NCBI GenBank assembly: GCA_024691425.1 | Contig: JAILNQ010000125.1 | Location: forward strand, 7,736-71,735 | Length of the DNA: 64,000 nucleotides | Origin: Lachnospiraceae bacterium | GTDB lineage: Bacteria > Bacillota > Clostridia > Lachnospirales > Lachnospiraceae | Direction of reading: 5' to 3' | In this document: positions 17,862 through 27,127 of the stretch, in pieces | How positions within the stretch are numbered: position 1 is the stretch's first letter | Layout of the letters: the number at the start of each line of letters is the position of its first letter | Notes under the pieces: model-generated | What the model saw: only the letters and a program-made list of their open reading frames with translations | The model's database searches: none | Told to the model about the DNA's origin: nothing | Made by a program: the position numbers and the translations under genes

Positions 17862-20203
17862 CTCTAAAAGATCTTTCCATAGAAAAATATGCTGTTATAG
17901 AAAGCGTCGGAGGAGACGGGCCCCTTCGGCAGCACCTTCTTGATATGGGAGTCCTTCCCGGCGCGTATTTAAAGATCATGAAATACGCTCCGATGGGCGA
18001 CCCGATGGAGATAGAGATACACGGATATGAACTCACGCTCCGGCTTTCAGAGGCAGAACATATAATTGTCCGAGAAGTTCCGGAAGGTTTTTCGCCGTCT
18101 GATGACTTTTCTCCGCAACGAACGTCATCTTCTGATCATCCGGGCCTTGGAGAGAGCGGAAAATTCCATCCTAAAGGAACCGGAAATCCGCTGCCGGACG
18201 GCGAGCTTCTGACTTTTGCCCTCGTAGGGAATCAGAACAGCGGAAAGACAACGCTTTTTAACGCACTTACCGGAGCCAACCAGCATGTCGGCAATTTCCC
18301 GGGTGTCACAGTTGACAGGAAGGACGGTCAGATAAAGGGGCATCCTGATACGCTCATCACCGATCTTCCCGGCATCTACTCAATGTCCCCGTATTCCAGT
18401 GAAGAGATAGTCTCGCGTCATTTCGTCCTGGATGAAAAACCGAAAGCGATCATCAACATAGTCGACGTAACGAACATAGAACGCAACCTCTATCTTACGC
18501 TGCAGCTGCTTGAGATGGATACTCCGGTCGTGGTGGCGCTCAACATGATGGATGAGCTCACGTCGAACGGCGGTATGGTCGATGTCAACAGAATGGAGGA
18601 TATGCTGGGCGCCCCTGTGGTACCGATTTCGGCGTCAAAGCATGAAGGAATAGAAGAGCTCGTAAGCCATGCCCTTCATATCGCTAAATACCAGGAAAAA
18701 CCGCTTCTGCGCGATTTCTGTGACGACAGCGAGGGAGGAGGCGCGGTCCACAGGAGCATTCACGCCGTAAGGCATCTGATCGATGACCATGCCGCAGAGA
18801 AGAAAATCCCTGCGAAATTCGCAGCATCCAAGGTCATCGAAGGCGACAAGGGGATCATTTCCCGCCTTGAGCTGGATCAGAATGAGATAGAGACGATGGA
18901 GCATATAGTGCTCCAGATGGAGAAGGAACGCGGACTCGACCGCAGCGCGGCCATTGCTGACATGAGGTTTTCATATATCGCAAAGGTATGTGCCGCTGCT
19001 ATAAAGAAACCGCGTGAGAGCAAGGAGAGGATACGGAGCGAGAAAGTCGACCGGATCCTTACGGGAAAGTACACTGCGATCCCGGTATTCATAGTGATAA
19101 TGGGACTTGTGTTCATTCTGACGTTCAATGTCATAGGCGCTTTTCTGCAGGAACTTCTCGCCGCAGGTATCAAGGCGCTCTCTGACATAGTCATGCATTT
19201 TATGACGGCAGCAGGCGTGAACCCCACATTGCAGAGCCTTGTTATAGACGGGACTTTCACGGGCGTCGGGAGCGTGCTGAGCTTCCTGCCGATAATAGTT
19301 ACGATGTTCTTCTTCCTCTCGCTTCTTGAGGACAGCGGATACATTGCAAGAGTCGCGTTCGTGATGGACAAGCTTTTAAGGAAGATCGGGCTTTCCGGAC
19401 GTAGCATAGTTCCGATGCTGATCGGATTCGGCTGTACTGTTCCGGCCGTAATGGCTACGAGAACTCTTCCTAGTGAGCGCGACAGAAGAATGACGATATT
19501 GCTCACCCCGTTCATGAGCTGTTCGGCAAAACTTCCTATATACGCGTTCTTCGTGAGCGCTTTCTTCCCGGGTAAAGGCGGACTTATCATTACCGCGATC
19601 TACGTCATCGGCATAGCGATCGGAATAATAATAGCGAAAATCTACCGCGGCACGATGTTCCGTGGAGATGCGGTTCCTTTCATCATGGAACTTCCGAACT
19701 ACAGGATGCCTCGCGCCATAAACGTAGCAAGGCTCCTTTGGGAGAAGGCGAAGGATTTTCTGCAGAGGGCTTTCTCGGTCATACTCATAGCCACGATCGT
19801 TGTATGGCTTTTAAAGAGCTTCGATCTTCACCTGAATCTCGTAGCTGATTCAAAGGACAGCATTCTTGCGGCGGTTGCCGGATTCATAGCGCCCCTTATG
19901 AGGCCTCTCGGGCTAGGCGACTGGAGGATATGCATATCGTTGATCACAGGGATACTGGCGAAAGAGAGCGTTGTATCTTCGATGGGGATACTTTTCGGTG
20001 ACAGTGTTTCGTCATTCCTGACGCCTGTATCAGCGGCATCCCTTCTCGTGTTCTCGCTGCTTTATACGCCATGCATTGCTGCCATTGCTTCGGTAAGACG
20101 CGAAATGGGAAAAAGATGGGCAGTTACCGTTGCGTTATGGCAGTGCATGGTTGCCTGGATCGCCGCATTCCTTGTCCGCCTTCTCGGATCGCTGTTCTTA
20201 TAA
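17858..20203 (+). CDS. feoB: ferrous iron transporter, FeoA-FeoB fusion
   Basis: 781 aa with TTG start overlapping the upstream stop (TTGA). N-terminal FeoA SH3-like domain (GAYLKIMKYAPMGDPMEIEIHGYELTLR). FeoB G-domain (FALVGNQNSGKTTLFNALTG, DLPGIYS) and polytopic permease. Confidence 0.9.
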   Translation: MTLKDLSIEKYAVIESVGGDGPLRQHLLDMGVLPGAYLKIMKYAPMGDPMEIEIHGYELTLRLSEAEHIIVREVPEGFSPSDDFSPQRTSSSDHPGLGESGKFHPKGTGNPLPDGELLTFALVGNQNSGKTTLFNALTGANQHVGNFPGVTVDRKDGQIKGHPDTLITDLPGIYSMSPYSSEEIVSRHFVLDEKPKAIINIVDVTNIERNLYLTLQLLEMDTPVVVALNMMDELTSNGGMVDVNRMEDMLGAPVVPISASKHEGIEELVSHALHIAKYQEKPLLRDFCDDSEGGGAVHRSIHAVRHLIDDHAAEKKIPAKFAASKVIEGDKGIISRLELDQNEIETMEHIVLQMEKERGLDRSAAIADMRFSYIAKVCAAAIKKPRESKERIRSEKVDRILTGKYTAIPVFIVIMGLVFILTFNVIGAFLQELLAAGIKALSDIVMHFMTAAGVNPTLQSLVIDGTFTGVGSVLSFLPIIVTMFFFLSLLEDSGYIARVAFVMDKLLRKIGLSGRSIVPMLIGFGCTVPAVMATRTLPSERDRRMTILLTPFMSCSAKLPIYAFFVSAFFPGKGGLIITAIYVIGIAIGIIIAKIYRGTMFRGDAVPFIMELPNYRMPRAINVARLLWEKAKDFLQRAFSVILIATIVVWLLKSFDLHLNLVADSKDSILAAVAGFIAPLMRPLGLGDWRICISLITGILAKESVVSSMGILFGDSVSSFLTPVSAASLLVFSLLYTPCIAAIASVRREMGKRWAVTVALWQCMVAWIAAFLVRLLGSLFL

Positions 20204-20266
20204 AAAGCATGCGGAATATCCGGTAAATATCATAACCCTTGAATGCATCTGAAAGAGACTTGATAA

Positions 20267-20872
20267 ATGGAAGATAAAGGAACAGAATATAATAAAAAGG
20301 ATCCGCTCGAGTGGGAAGAAGTTTCAACGGAGCATATCGTAAGCGATGAATGGATCGATATAAGAAGGTCGTCATACCGTTTTCCCGACGGAAATGTTTT
20401 TGAACCTTTCTACACATACAGCCGCAAGGATTTTTCTGTCGTAGCGGCCACCGATGAGAACGGCGATTACATATGCGTCAGACAGTACCGCCAGGGTGTA
20501 AGGAAAGTAACGACCGAATTCCCTGCGGGCGGCATTGAACGTAATGACGGCAAGCAGTACGGAGCAGGATATGCATCGAGAGAAGATGCGCTTCTTGCGG
20601 CAAAGCGCGAGCTTGCAGAGGAAACCGGGTACGAATCGGATGACTGGTCGTACATGCTTACCATTCCTGAAAACGCGACGATAGCCGACAATTATGCATA
20701 CATATTCCGTGCAAGGAACTGCCGCAGGGTTTCGGGGCAGAAGCTTGATGATACGGAATTCTTAAACGTTACGAAGCACTCGGCAGCCGAGCTCGAAAAG
20801 CTGATCGCGGACGGTGACTTCCCGCAGGCCATACACATCATGGCTCTGCTCATGTCGCAAAGAGAACAGTGA
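20267..20872 (+). CDS. NUDIX hydrolase (ADP-ribose pyrophosphatase-like)
   Basis: 201 aa. Nudix box core REDALLAAKRELAEETGY. Confidence 0.85.
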   Translation: MEDKGTEYNKKDPLEWEEVSTEHIVSDEWIDIRRSSYRFPDGNVFEPFYTYSRKDFSVVAATDENGDYICVRQYRQGVRKVTTEFPAGGIERNDGKQYGAGYASREDALLAAKRELAEETGYESDDWSYMLTIPENATIADNYAYIFRARNCRRVSGQKLDDTEFLNVTKHSAAELEKLIADGDFPQAIHIMALLMSQREQ

Positions 20873-20937
20873 ATGTCAATAATTCATGACCGGTGCCGAT
20901 ATAATATAGGACAGAAATATTCTGTATACGAAAAGAG

Positions 20938-21525
20938 ATGGAAATCAGAATGAACAGAACAGAAACGGCTGAAAAGAATAACAGAGGTCTTTCGCTTATC
21001 GAGCTGATCATCGTGATCGCTATCATGGCGGTACTTGTCGGAGTACTCTCGCCGATGTTCGTGAAATACGTTGACAGTTCCAGAAAGGCCAAGGACGTAT
21101 ATACGGCCGATCAGATAGCGAAGGCGGTAAATGTTGCTTTTATTGAGCATCCCGAGGCATATGATGCTTTCAAGGACTGGAAGTCTAACAGTTCAAATAT
21201 AAAAAGATCGGTTTCGGTAATGGAAGGCGGCGTTCAGAATACTTATAACGTATATCTGGTCGCTTCTAGCGGAACTCAGGGTACAAACGGTGTTTCAAAC
21301 TGCTTTAATGGGAGCACAAATGAGTTCAGGACAGAAGGAGGCCGTGTGCTTGAAGGTAACGGGAAATACGGATTTTATGGAGTGATAAACAGGCAGCTGG
21401 GGCTCAGCACTACAGAAATGAACAGTGAGATCATTCCCAAATTCAATCAAAGGAGAGAGGGAGCCGGCATTGATAAGAATGGAACCATGGTCGCTTTGCC
21501 GAGGTTGACCGTTGGAGAATCGTAA
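20938..21525 (+). CDS. prepilin-type N-terminal cleavage/methylation domain protein (type IV pilin/pseudopilin-like), possibly frameshifted
   Basis: Class III signal ...NNRG/LSLIELIIVIAIMAVLVG with Glu at +5. An adjacent frame stays open to 21635 (see findings). Confidence 0.75.
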   Translation: MEIRMNRTETAEKNNRGLSLIELIIVIAIMAVLVGVLSPMFVKYVDSSRKAKDVYTADQIAKAVNVAFIEHPEAYDAFKDWKSNSSNIKRSVSVMEGGVQNTYNVYLVASSGTQGTNGVSNCFNGSTNEFRTEGGRVLEGNGKYGFYGVINRQLGLSTTEMNSEIIPKFNQRREGAGIDKNGTMVALPRLTVGES

Positions 21526-21669
21526 AACGTGTTGATAACGGCATGATGGAAATATGGGCTGCACAGCCGAATCCATGGGGCGGATACCCGATCTACCGCG
21601 TCTGGCCCGAGCCCGACGACATATACAAGAATTAGCAGATAATGACATATTGACACATAAATGACAGCT

Positions 21670-21705
21670 AACGCTCCGGGAATTCCCGGAGCGTTGTTTG
21701 ATTTG
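21670..21705 (+). terminator. intrinsic terminator after the pilin locus
   Basis: Perfect palindrome AACGCTCCGGG-AATT-CCCGGAGCGTT (21670-21695) followed by a T-rich GTTTGATTTG. Confidence 0.7.
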
Positions 21706-21787
21706 AAAATAAGACAGTTATATAGTAAAATATAAACTCGATTTATTATGCGCATTACGCGGGAACATTACACGGAGGTACGCATAT

Positions 21788-23104
21788 TTGAAGAAGAGAG
21801 ACAGCATAGATACATCAGGTTACTCTGAGCTTATTCTTGAGAATGACAGCATTCCGCCGGAATACTATGAGAGATTCGATGTAAAGAGAGGGCTTCGCGA
21901 CCTTAACGGTAAAGGAGTCCTTGCCGGACTTACGAATATTTCCAATATTATCGCAAGGGATCCTGACGGAAATCCGTGCGAAGGACAGCTCTGGTACAGG
22001 GGCTACCGTGTTGAGGAACTTATAAAGAAATACAGGAACACCCCTTTCGGATATGAGAATCTTGCATATCTGCTTCTGTTCGGAGATCTTGCGAGCAAAA
22101 AGGAATCCGATGATTTCATCATGACTCTTGCTGATGCGAGAGAGCTTCCTTCCAATTTCACGAAGGATGTCATAATGAAGGCTCCGACAAGGGATCTGAT
22201 GAATTCGATGACGAGGTCGATACTCACGCTTGCATCTTATGACCGAAATGCCGCGGAAACTTCGATTGAGAACGTTGTTTCCCAGTGCATGCAGCTCATT
22301 GCTGTGTTCCCGATGCTCGCCGTGTACAGCTATCATGCGTACAATCACTACGAGAATCTTGACAGCATGTACATTCACCGCCCGCTTCCTGAGCTCTCGA
22401 CGTCGCAGAACATTCTCAATCTTCTGAGACCTGATTCGAAGTTCACCGTTACCGAGGCGAAGGCGCTAGACGTTGCGCTGATGCTTCATATGGAGCACGG
22501 CGGCGGAAACAATTCGAGTTTCACGACGAGAGTCGTTACTTCATCAGGCTCCGACACGTATGCGACGATAGCGGCCGCGATGTGCTCGCTGAAAGGCCCT
22601 AGGCACGGCGGTGCGAACATTAAGGTCATGGAGATGATGGACAACATCAGGGACAACGTTAAAGATGTTGACGATAACGACGAGATCAAAGCTTATCTTG
22701 CGAAAATCCTCGCGGGAAAGGCTTTCGACCGCCAGGGACTCATATACGGAATGGGACATGCGGTATATTCGATGTCGGATCCGAGGGAAGTGATCTTCAA
22801 GAAGTATGTAGTGCAGCTTTCCGAGGAGAAGAACAGGACCGAGGACATGAAGCTCTATCAGAAGGTCGAAGAGCTCGCGCCCGAAGTCATCGCCGAGAAA
22901 CGCAAGATCTATAAAGGTGTTTCTCCGAATGTCGACTTTTACAGCGGATTTGCTTACGACATGATGAACATACCGAGGGAGCTATTCACTCCGATCTTCG
23001 CGGTAGCGCGTGTGGCCGGATGGAGCGCTCATAGGATAGAGGAGCTCGTTAGCGGGACCAAGATCGTAAGGCCCGCATATAAGAGCATTATGAAAAAACA
23101 CTGA
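21788..23104 (+). CDS. citrate synthase (citrate/2-methylcitrate synthase family)
   Basis: 438 aa with TTG start and GGAGG 8 nt upstream. GMGHAVYSMSDPRE corresponds to the catalytic G-x-G-H-x-V-Y...DPR motif. Also LHMEHGGGNNS. Confidence 0.9.
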   Translation: MKKRDSIDTSGYSELILENDSIPPEYYERFDVKRGLRDLNGKGVLAGLTNISNIIARDPDGNPCEGQLWYRGYRVEELIKKYRNTPFGYENLAYLLLFGDLASKKESDDFIMTLADARELPSNFTKDVIMKAPTRDLMNSMTRSILTLASYDRNAAETSIENVVSQCMQLIAVFPMLAVYSYHAYNHYENLDSMYIHRPLPELSTSQNILNLLRPDSKFTVTEAKALDVALMLHMEHGGGNNSSFTTRVVTSSGSDTYATIAAAMCSLKGPRHGGANIKVMEMMDNIRDNVKDVDDNDEIKAYLAKILAGKAFDRQGLIYGMGHAVYSMSDPREVIFKKYVVQLSEEKNRTEDMKLYQKVEELAPEVIAEKRKIYKGVSPNVDFYSGFAYDMMNIPRELFTPIFAVARVAGWSAHRIEELVSGTKIVRPAYKSIMKKH

Positions 23105-23120
23105 TGAAGCGGGAGAAGTG

Positions 23121-23933
23121 ATGATCCAGGACATTGCCCCGAGCAAGCTTGACAACAGATTCAGGAAATGTGAACCAAAAGCGAAAGATCCTGTTCTTGT
23201 GTTTGATCCTGAAGGCAGGATACTTGCGGATACGCGAAGCGGAGAACTCAGATTTACTGGTCTATCTGCAGCAGGTGAAGATATCAGATTTCTGTTTTCT
23301 GTTGATGACAGGAATTATTTTCTTTCCATGAAACCTGCAGGAATTGTTCCCGCGGGTTATGAGTATATGTCGATCCGTCAGATCCGCGATATGTGCGGAG
23401 GAAAAGAGCTCTTTGCGGCATTTACCGCATATCACCTCTGGAAATGGTATGATGCCAGCAGATACTGCGGACGCTGCGGCGCTGTGATGGAAGTGGATGA
23501 GAAGGAGCGCGCCATGCGTTGCGCATGCGGAAACATCGTGTATCCACGCATCAATCCGGCAGTCATTGTCGGAGTGACGAACGGCGACAGTCTTCTGATC
23601 ACCCGCTATAGAAAAGGGTATGCGCATAACGCTCTCGTGGCAGGATTTTCCGAGATAGGGGAAACGCTTGAGGAAACAGTGGCCAGAGAAGTCATGGAAG
23701 AGGCAGGGATAAAGGTGGAAAATATCAGGTATTATAAGTCTCAGCCGTGGGGAATGGCGCAGGATCTGCTCGCAGGTTTTTTCTGCGACGTATGCGGAGA
23801 CGATACGATAAAGATGGATGATGATGAGCTTAAATACGCGGCATGGACGAGGCGCGGGGACATAGAGCTTCAACCGAACAACTTAAGTCTCACGAACGAG
23901 ATGATGAGAATGTTCAAGGAAAAAAGGATATAA
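23121..23933 (+). CDS. nudC: NAD(+) diphosphatase (NADH pyrophosphatase, NudC type)
   Basis: Zinc ribbon CGRCG...CACG followed by Nudix box GFSEIGETLEETVAREVMEEAGI and the SQPW motif typical of NudC. Confidence 0.85.
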   Translation: MIQDIAPSKLDNRFRKCEPKAKDPVLVFDPEGRILADTRSGELRFTGLSAAGEDIRFLFSVDDRNYFLSMKPAGIVPAGYEYMSIRQIRDMCGGKELFAAFTAYHLWKWYDASRYCGRCGAVMEVDEKERAMRCACGNIVYPRINPAVIVGVTNGDSLLITRYRKGYAHNALVAGFSEIGETLEETVAREVMEEAGIKVENIRYYKSQPWGMAQDLLAGFFCDVCGDDTIKMDDDELKYAAWTRRGDIELQPNNLSLTNEMMRMFKEKRI

Positions 23934-23936
23934 GAG

Positions 23937-24506
23937 ATGATAGACACAAAAGCTATTGAAGAGCATATACGCGGGATAATAACTGCGCTCGGAGACGACC
24001 CGGACCGCCCGGGGCTTGTTGATACGCCGAAGCGTGTCGCGAGGATGTATTCTGAAGTCTTCGAGGGGATGAACTATACGAATCACGAGATCGCCAAGAT
24101 GTTCGACAGGACTTTCGATGACGATATAGACACTTCCAAAGAGAAGATAGTCGTGATGAAGGACATTTCGCTTTTCTCGTACTGCGAGCACCATATTGCG
24201 CTCATGTACGACATGCGTGCGAATGTTGCCTACATACCTAACGGAAAAGTGATAGGACTTTCAAAGATCGTCCGCGTGTGCGAGATGGTCTGCAAGAGGC
24301 TTCAGCTTCAGGAGAGGATAGGCCAGGATATCGCGGATATCATTACCGAGATCACCGGAAGCGAGGACGTTGCAGTGACGATAGAAGGATGCCATAGCTG
24401 CGTTACTGCCAGAGGGATCAAAAATCATAACACCAAGACATATACTGCCGAGCTGCGCGGAAGGTTCAGAACCGAACCGGCGCTTGCAGAGCAGCTTAGG
24501 TTCTGA
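23937..24506 (+). CDS. folE: GTP cyclohydrolase I
   Basis: 189 aa. [24 protein letters not shown] and HSCVTARG are classic FolE motifs. Confidence 0.92.
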   Translation: MIDTKAIEEHIRGIITALGDDPDRPGLVDTPKRVARMYSEVFEGMNYTNHEIAKMFDRTFDDDIDTSKEKIVVMKDISLFSYCEHHIALMYDMRANVAYIPNGKVIGLSKIVRVCEMVCKRLQLQERIGQDIADIITEITGSEDVAVTIEGCHSCVTARGIKNHNTKTYTAELRGRFRTEPALAEQLRF

Positions 24507-24529
24507 TTTTTGCGGAATAGAGGAAAGAA

Positions 24530-25399
24530 ATGCCGAAGAAAAAAAGAAAATGGGGGGACCGCAAGGAAGGAGTCAGGGTAAGAGGGCTCGACCCTTTCAA
24601 CCAGTTCATCCCTTATATAATGCCTACCCGCATGGAAGCGGCCAATCTTTATTCGGAAAGCTTCAATATCAATGAGGTTGACAGGCTTCTTCAGAAGCTC
24701 CGCAGGGATGGGTGCAAGGGAATCGGTCTGATGCACTTTGTCGCTGCTGCATATGTGAGGACGCTTTCGAAGTATCCGAACATCAACCGGTTCATAGCCG
24801 GACGCAGAGTCTATCAGAGAAATGCCATAGAAATGACGATGGTCGTCAAGCGCGAGATGTCGATAGAAGGCGAGGAGACGACGATCAAGATATGTTTCGA
24901 TCCGTCCGATTCGATCGTCGATGTCTATCATAAGATGAAAGAGCAGATCGAGAGCATAAAGAATTCACCGGAGAGCAACAACACCGAACAGGTGGCGGAG
25001 TTCTTCTGCAGGATGCCCCGTCTGATATTCAGGTTTGCGATAATGCTCGTCAGGATCGCGGATTATCTGGATCTCATACCGAGATCGGTGCTTGCGGCAA
25101 GCCCGTTCCACGCTACAGCGATGATAACGAACACCGGATCGCTCGGGATAGGCCCGGTGAACCATCACCTGTACAATATCGGGACGCTTCCCGTGTTCAT
25201 AGCCATAGGGACAAAAAGAATCGCATACGAGCTCGACAGCCATGGGAACGCGGTAAGTAACAGATATGCCGATCTCAAGTTCACGATCGACGAGAGGATC
25301 GCCGACGGATATTATTTCGCTTCATTCCTGAAAGAATACAGGAGGCTTTTTTCTAAGCCGGAACTGCTTCTCGTACCGGAAGCGGCCGAGGCTGAATAA
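24530..25399 (+). CDS. stand-alone 2-oxoacid dehydrogenase E2 / CAT-like acyltransferase catalytic-domain protein
   Basis: 289 aa. The C-terminal FTIDERIADGYYFASFL aligns with the E2 catalytic DHRxxDG motif. No lipoyl or subunit-binding domains. Confidence 0.7.
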   Translation: MPKKKRKWGDRKEGVRVRGLDPFNQFIPYIMPTRMEAANLYSESFNINEVDRLLQKLRRDGCKGIGLMHFVAAAYVRTLSKYPNINRFIAGRRVYQRNAIEMTMVVKREMSIEGEETTIKICFDPSDSIVDVYHKMKEQIESIKNSPESNNTEQVAEFFCRMPRLIFRFAIMLVRIADYLDLIPRSVLAASPFHATAMITNTGSLGIGPVNHHLYNIGTLPVFIAIGTKRIAYELDSHGNAVSNRYADLKFTIDERIADGYYFASFLKEYRRLFSKPELLLVPEAAEAE

Positions 25400-25427
25400 T
25401 GGATTTTCAAAGAAAAGGAGAATGATT

Positions 25428-25727
25428 ATGGTTAAACATGTGATACTCTGGGTGCTCAAGGATTATCCGGAAGATGAGAAGAAGAAGATAAAACAGGGGA
25501 TCAAGGAAGGACTTGAAGGCCTCAAGGGGAAAATCCCAGGACTTGTGGATATAAAGGTGAACACTGAGCCTCTTGCAAGCTCAAGCTGCGATGTCATGCT
25601 CGATTCAACGTTCGAGGATGAGGCGGCACTGAAAGGCTACTCGAAGCATCCTGAGCATGTTGCCGTTGCGGACACAAAGGTAAGGCCTTTTACGCAGACG
25701 AGAACGTGCATGGACTATGAGGTCTGA
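25428..25727 (+). CDS. Dabb (stress-responsive alpha/beta-barrel) family protein
   Basis: ATG 25428 lies 8 nt after AAAGGAG. About 99 aa starting MVKHVILWVLKD. Size and pattern are typical of Dabb domains. Confidence 0.75.
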   Translation: MVKHVILWVLKDYPEDEKKKIKQGIKEGLEGLKGKIPGLVDIKVNTEPLASSSCDVMLDSTFEDEAALKGYSKHPEHVAVADTKVRPFTQTRTCMDYEV

Positions 25728-25752
25728 TGCCTGATCATTTCGGAGGTTTGAT

Positions 25753-27123
25753 ATGGACTATGATGTGATAATAATCGGGGCAGGCCCCGGAGGTATTTAC
25801 TCGGCGTATGAGCTGAAGAAATCAAGACCTGACCTGAAGGTTGCGATTTTCGAGGCAGGAGCGGAACTTACGAAAAGACGCTGCCCTATAGACGGGGAGA
25901 AGATCAAGAACTGCATAGGCTGCAAGTCGTGTTCGATCATGAGCGGCTTCGGCGGAGCAGGTGCTTTCTCCGACGGAAAATACAACATCACCAACGATTT
26001 CGGCGGCACGCTCTACGAGCATATCGGAAGAACGAAGGCGATAGAGCTCATGCAGTATGTCGACAAGATAAACGTTGAGAACGGCGGCGGCGGATGCAAG
26101 CTCTATTCAACTGCGGGCACGAGCCTTAAAAAGACGTGCATGCAGAACAAGCTGAAGCTTCTCGAGGCATCGGTCAGGCATCTTGGCACGGACATAAACT
26201 ATGTCGTTCTTGAGAATCTGTATAACTATCTGAAAGATACCGTTGAATTCTTCTTCATGACTGCAGTTAAAAGCATGGAGGTCATAGAAGGCGGATATAA
26301 GATAATCCATGACGGCGGAAGCGCGACATGCAGACAGTGCATAGTTTCCGTCGGACGCAGCGGCAGCAAATGGATGGAGAGCGTGTGTGAAAAGCTCAGC
26401 ATACCGGCTAAGAGCAACCGTGTCGATATCGGCGTAAGGGTTGAGCTGCCTGCAGTGATCTTCTCGCATCTGACTGACGAGCTCTATGAGAGCAAGATAG
26501 TGTACCGCACGGAGAAATTCGAGGATAATGTTCGTACATTCTGCATGAATCCTCACGGAATCGTCGTCACGGAGAACACGAACGGAATAATCACAGTCAA
26601 CGGCCACAGCTATGAGGCAAAGGACAAGCAGACGGAGAACACGAACTTCGCGCTCCTTGTCGCGAAGCATTTCTCAGAGCCGTTCAAGGATTCGAACGGA
26701 TACGGCGAGAGCATAGCAAGACTGTCGAACATGCTCGGCGGCGGTGTCATAGTGCAGCGCTTCGGAGACCTCATGAGAGGAAGAAGAAGCAATGAAAAGA
26801 GGATCGCCGAAGGGATGGTGCAGCCTACGCTGAACGCTACGCCCGGCGACCTGAGCCTTGTCCTGCCGAAGAGGATTCTCGACGGGATAATGGAGATGAT
26901 ACATGCACTCGATAAGATAGCGCCCGGAACGGCGAATGATGATACGCTCCTTTACGGCGTCGAAGTCAAGTTCTACAACATGGAAGTAAAGGTGGACGAA
27001 AATCTCGAGACCGAATATCCGGGACTGTACATAATAGGTGACGGAAGCGGAGTCACCCATTCACTTTCACACGCATCGGCAAGCGGAGTATTCGTAGCAA
27101 AGAGAATTGCCGGACAGTTATGA
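25753..27123 (+). CDS. FAD-dependent oxidoreductase (COG2509-like uncharacterised FAD protein)
   Basis: 456 aa. N-terminal dinucleotide fold YDVIIIGAGPGGIYSAYEL. C-terminal GLYIIGDGSG. Confidence 0.8.
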   Translation: MDYDVIIIGAGPGGIYSAYELKKSRPDLKVAIFEAGAELTKRRCPIDGEKIKNCIGCKSCSIMSGFGGAGAFSDGKYNITNDFGGTLYEHIGRTKAIELMQYVDKINVENGGGGCKLYSTAGTSLKKTCMQNKLKLLEASVRHLGTDINYVVLENLYNYLKDTVEFFFMTAVKSMEVIEGGYKIIHDGGSATCRQCIVSVGRSGSKWMESVCEKLSIPAKSNRVDIGVRVELPAVIFSHLTDELYESKIVYRTEKFEDNVRTFCMNPHGIVVTENTNGIITVNGHSYEAKDKQTENTNFALLVAKHFSEPFKDSNGYGESIARLSNMLGGGVIVQRFGDLMRGRRSNEKRIAEGMVQPTLNATPGDLSLVLPKRILDGIMEMIHALDKIAPGTANDDTLLYGVEVKFYNMEVKVDENLETEYPGLYIIGDGSGVTHSLSHASASGVFVAKRIAGQL

Positions 27124-27127
27124 TGCC

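Noticed and set aside
18877-19590. 237-aa minus-strand ORF inside feoB.
   Set aside because: It is antisense to the clearly conserved FeoB permease region and is a shadow ORF.
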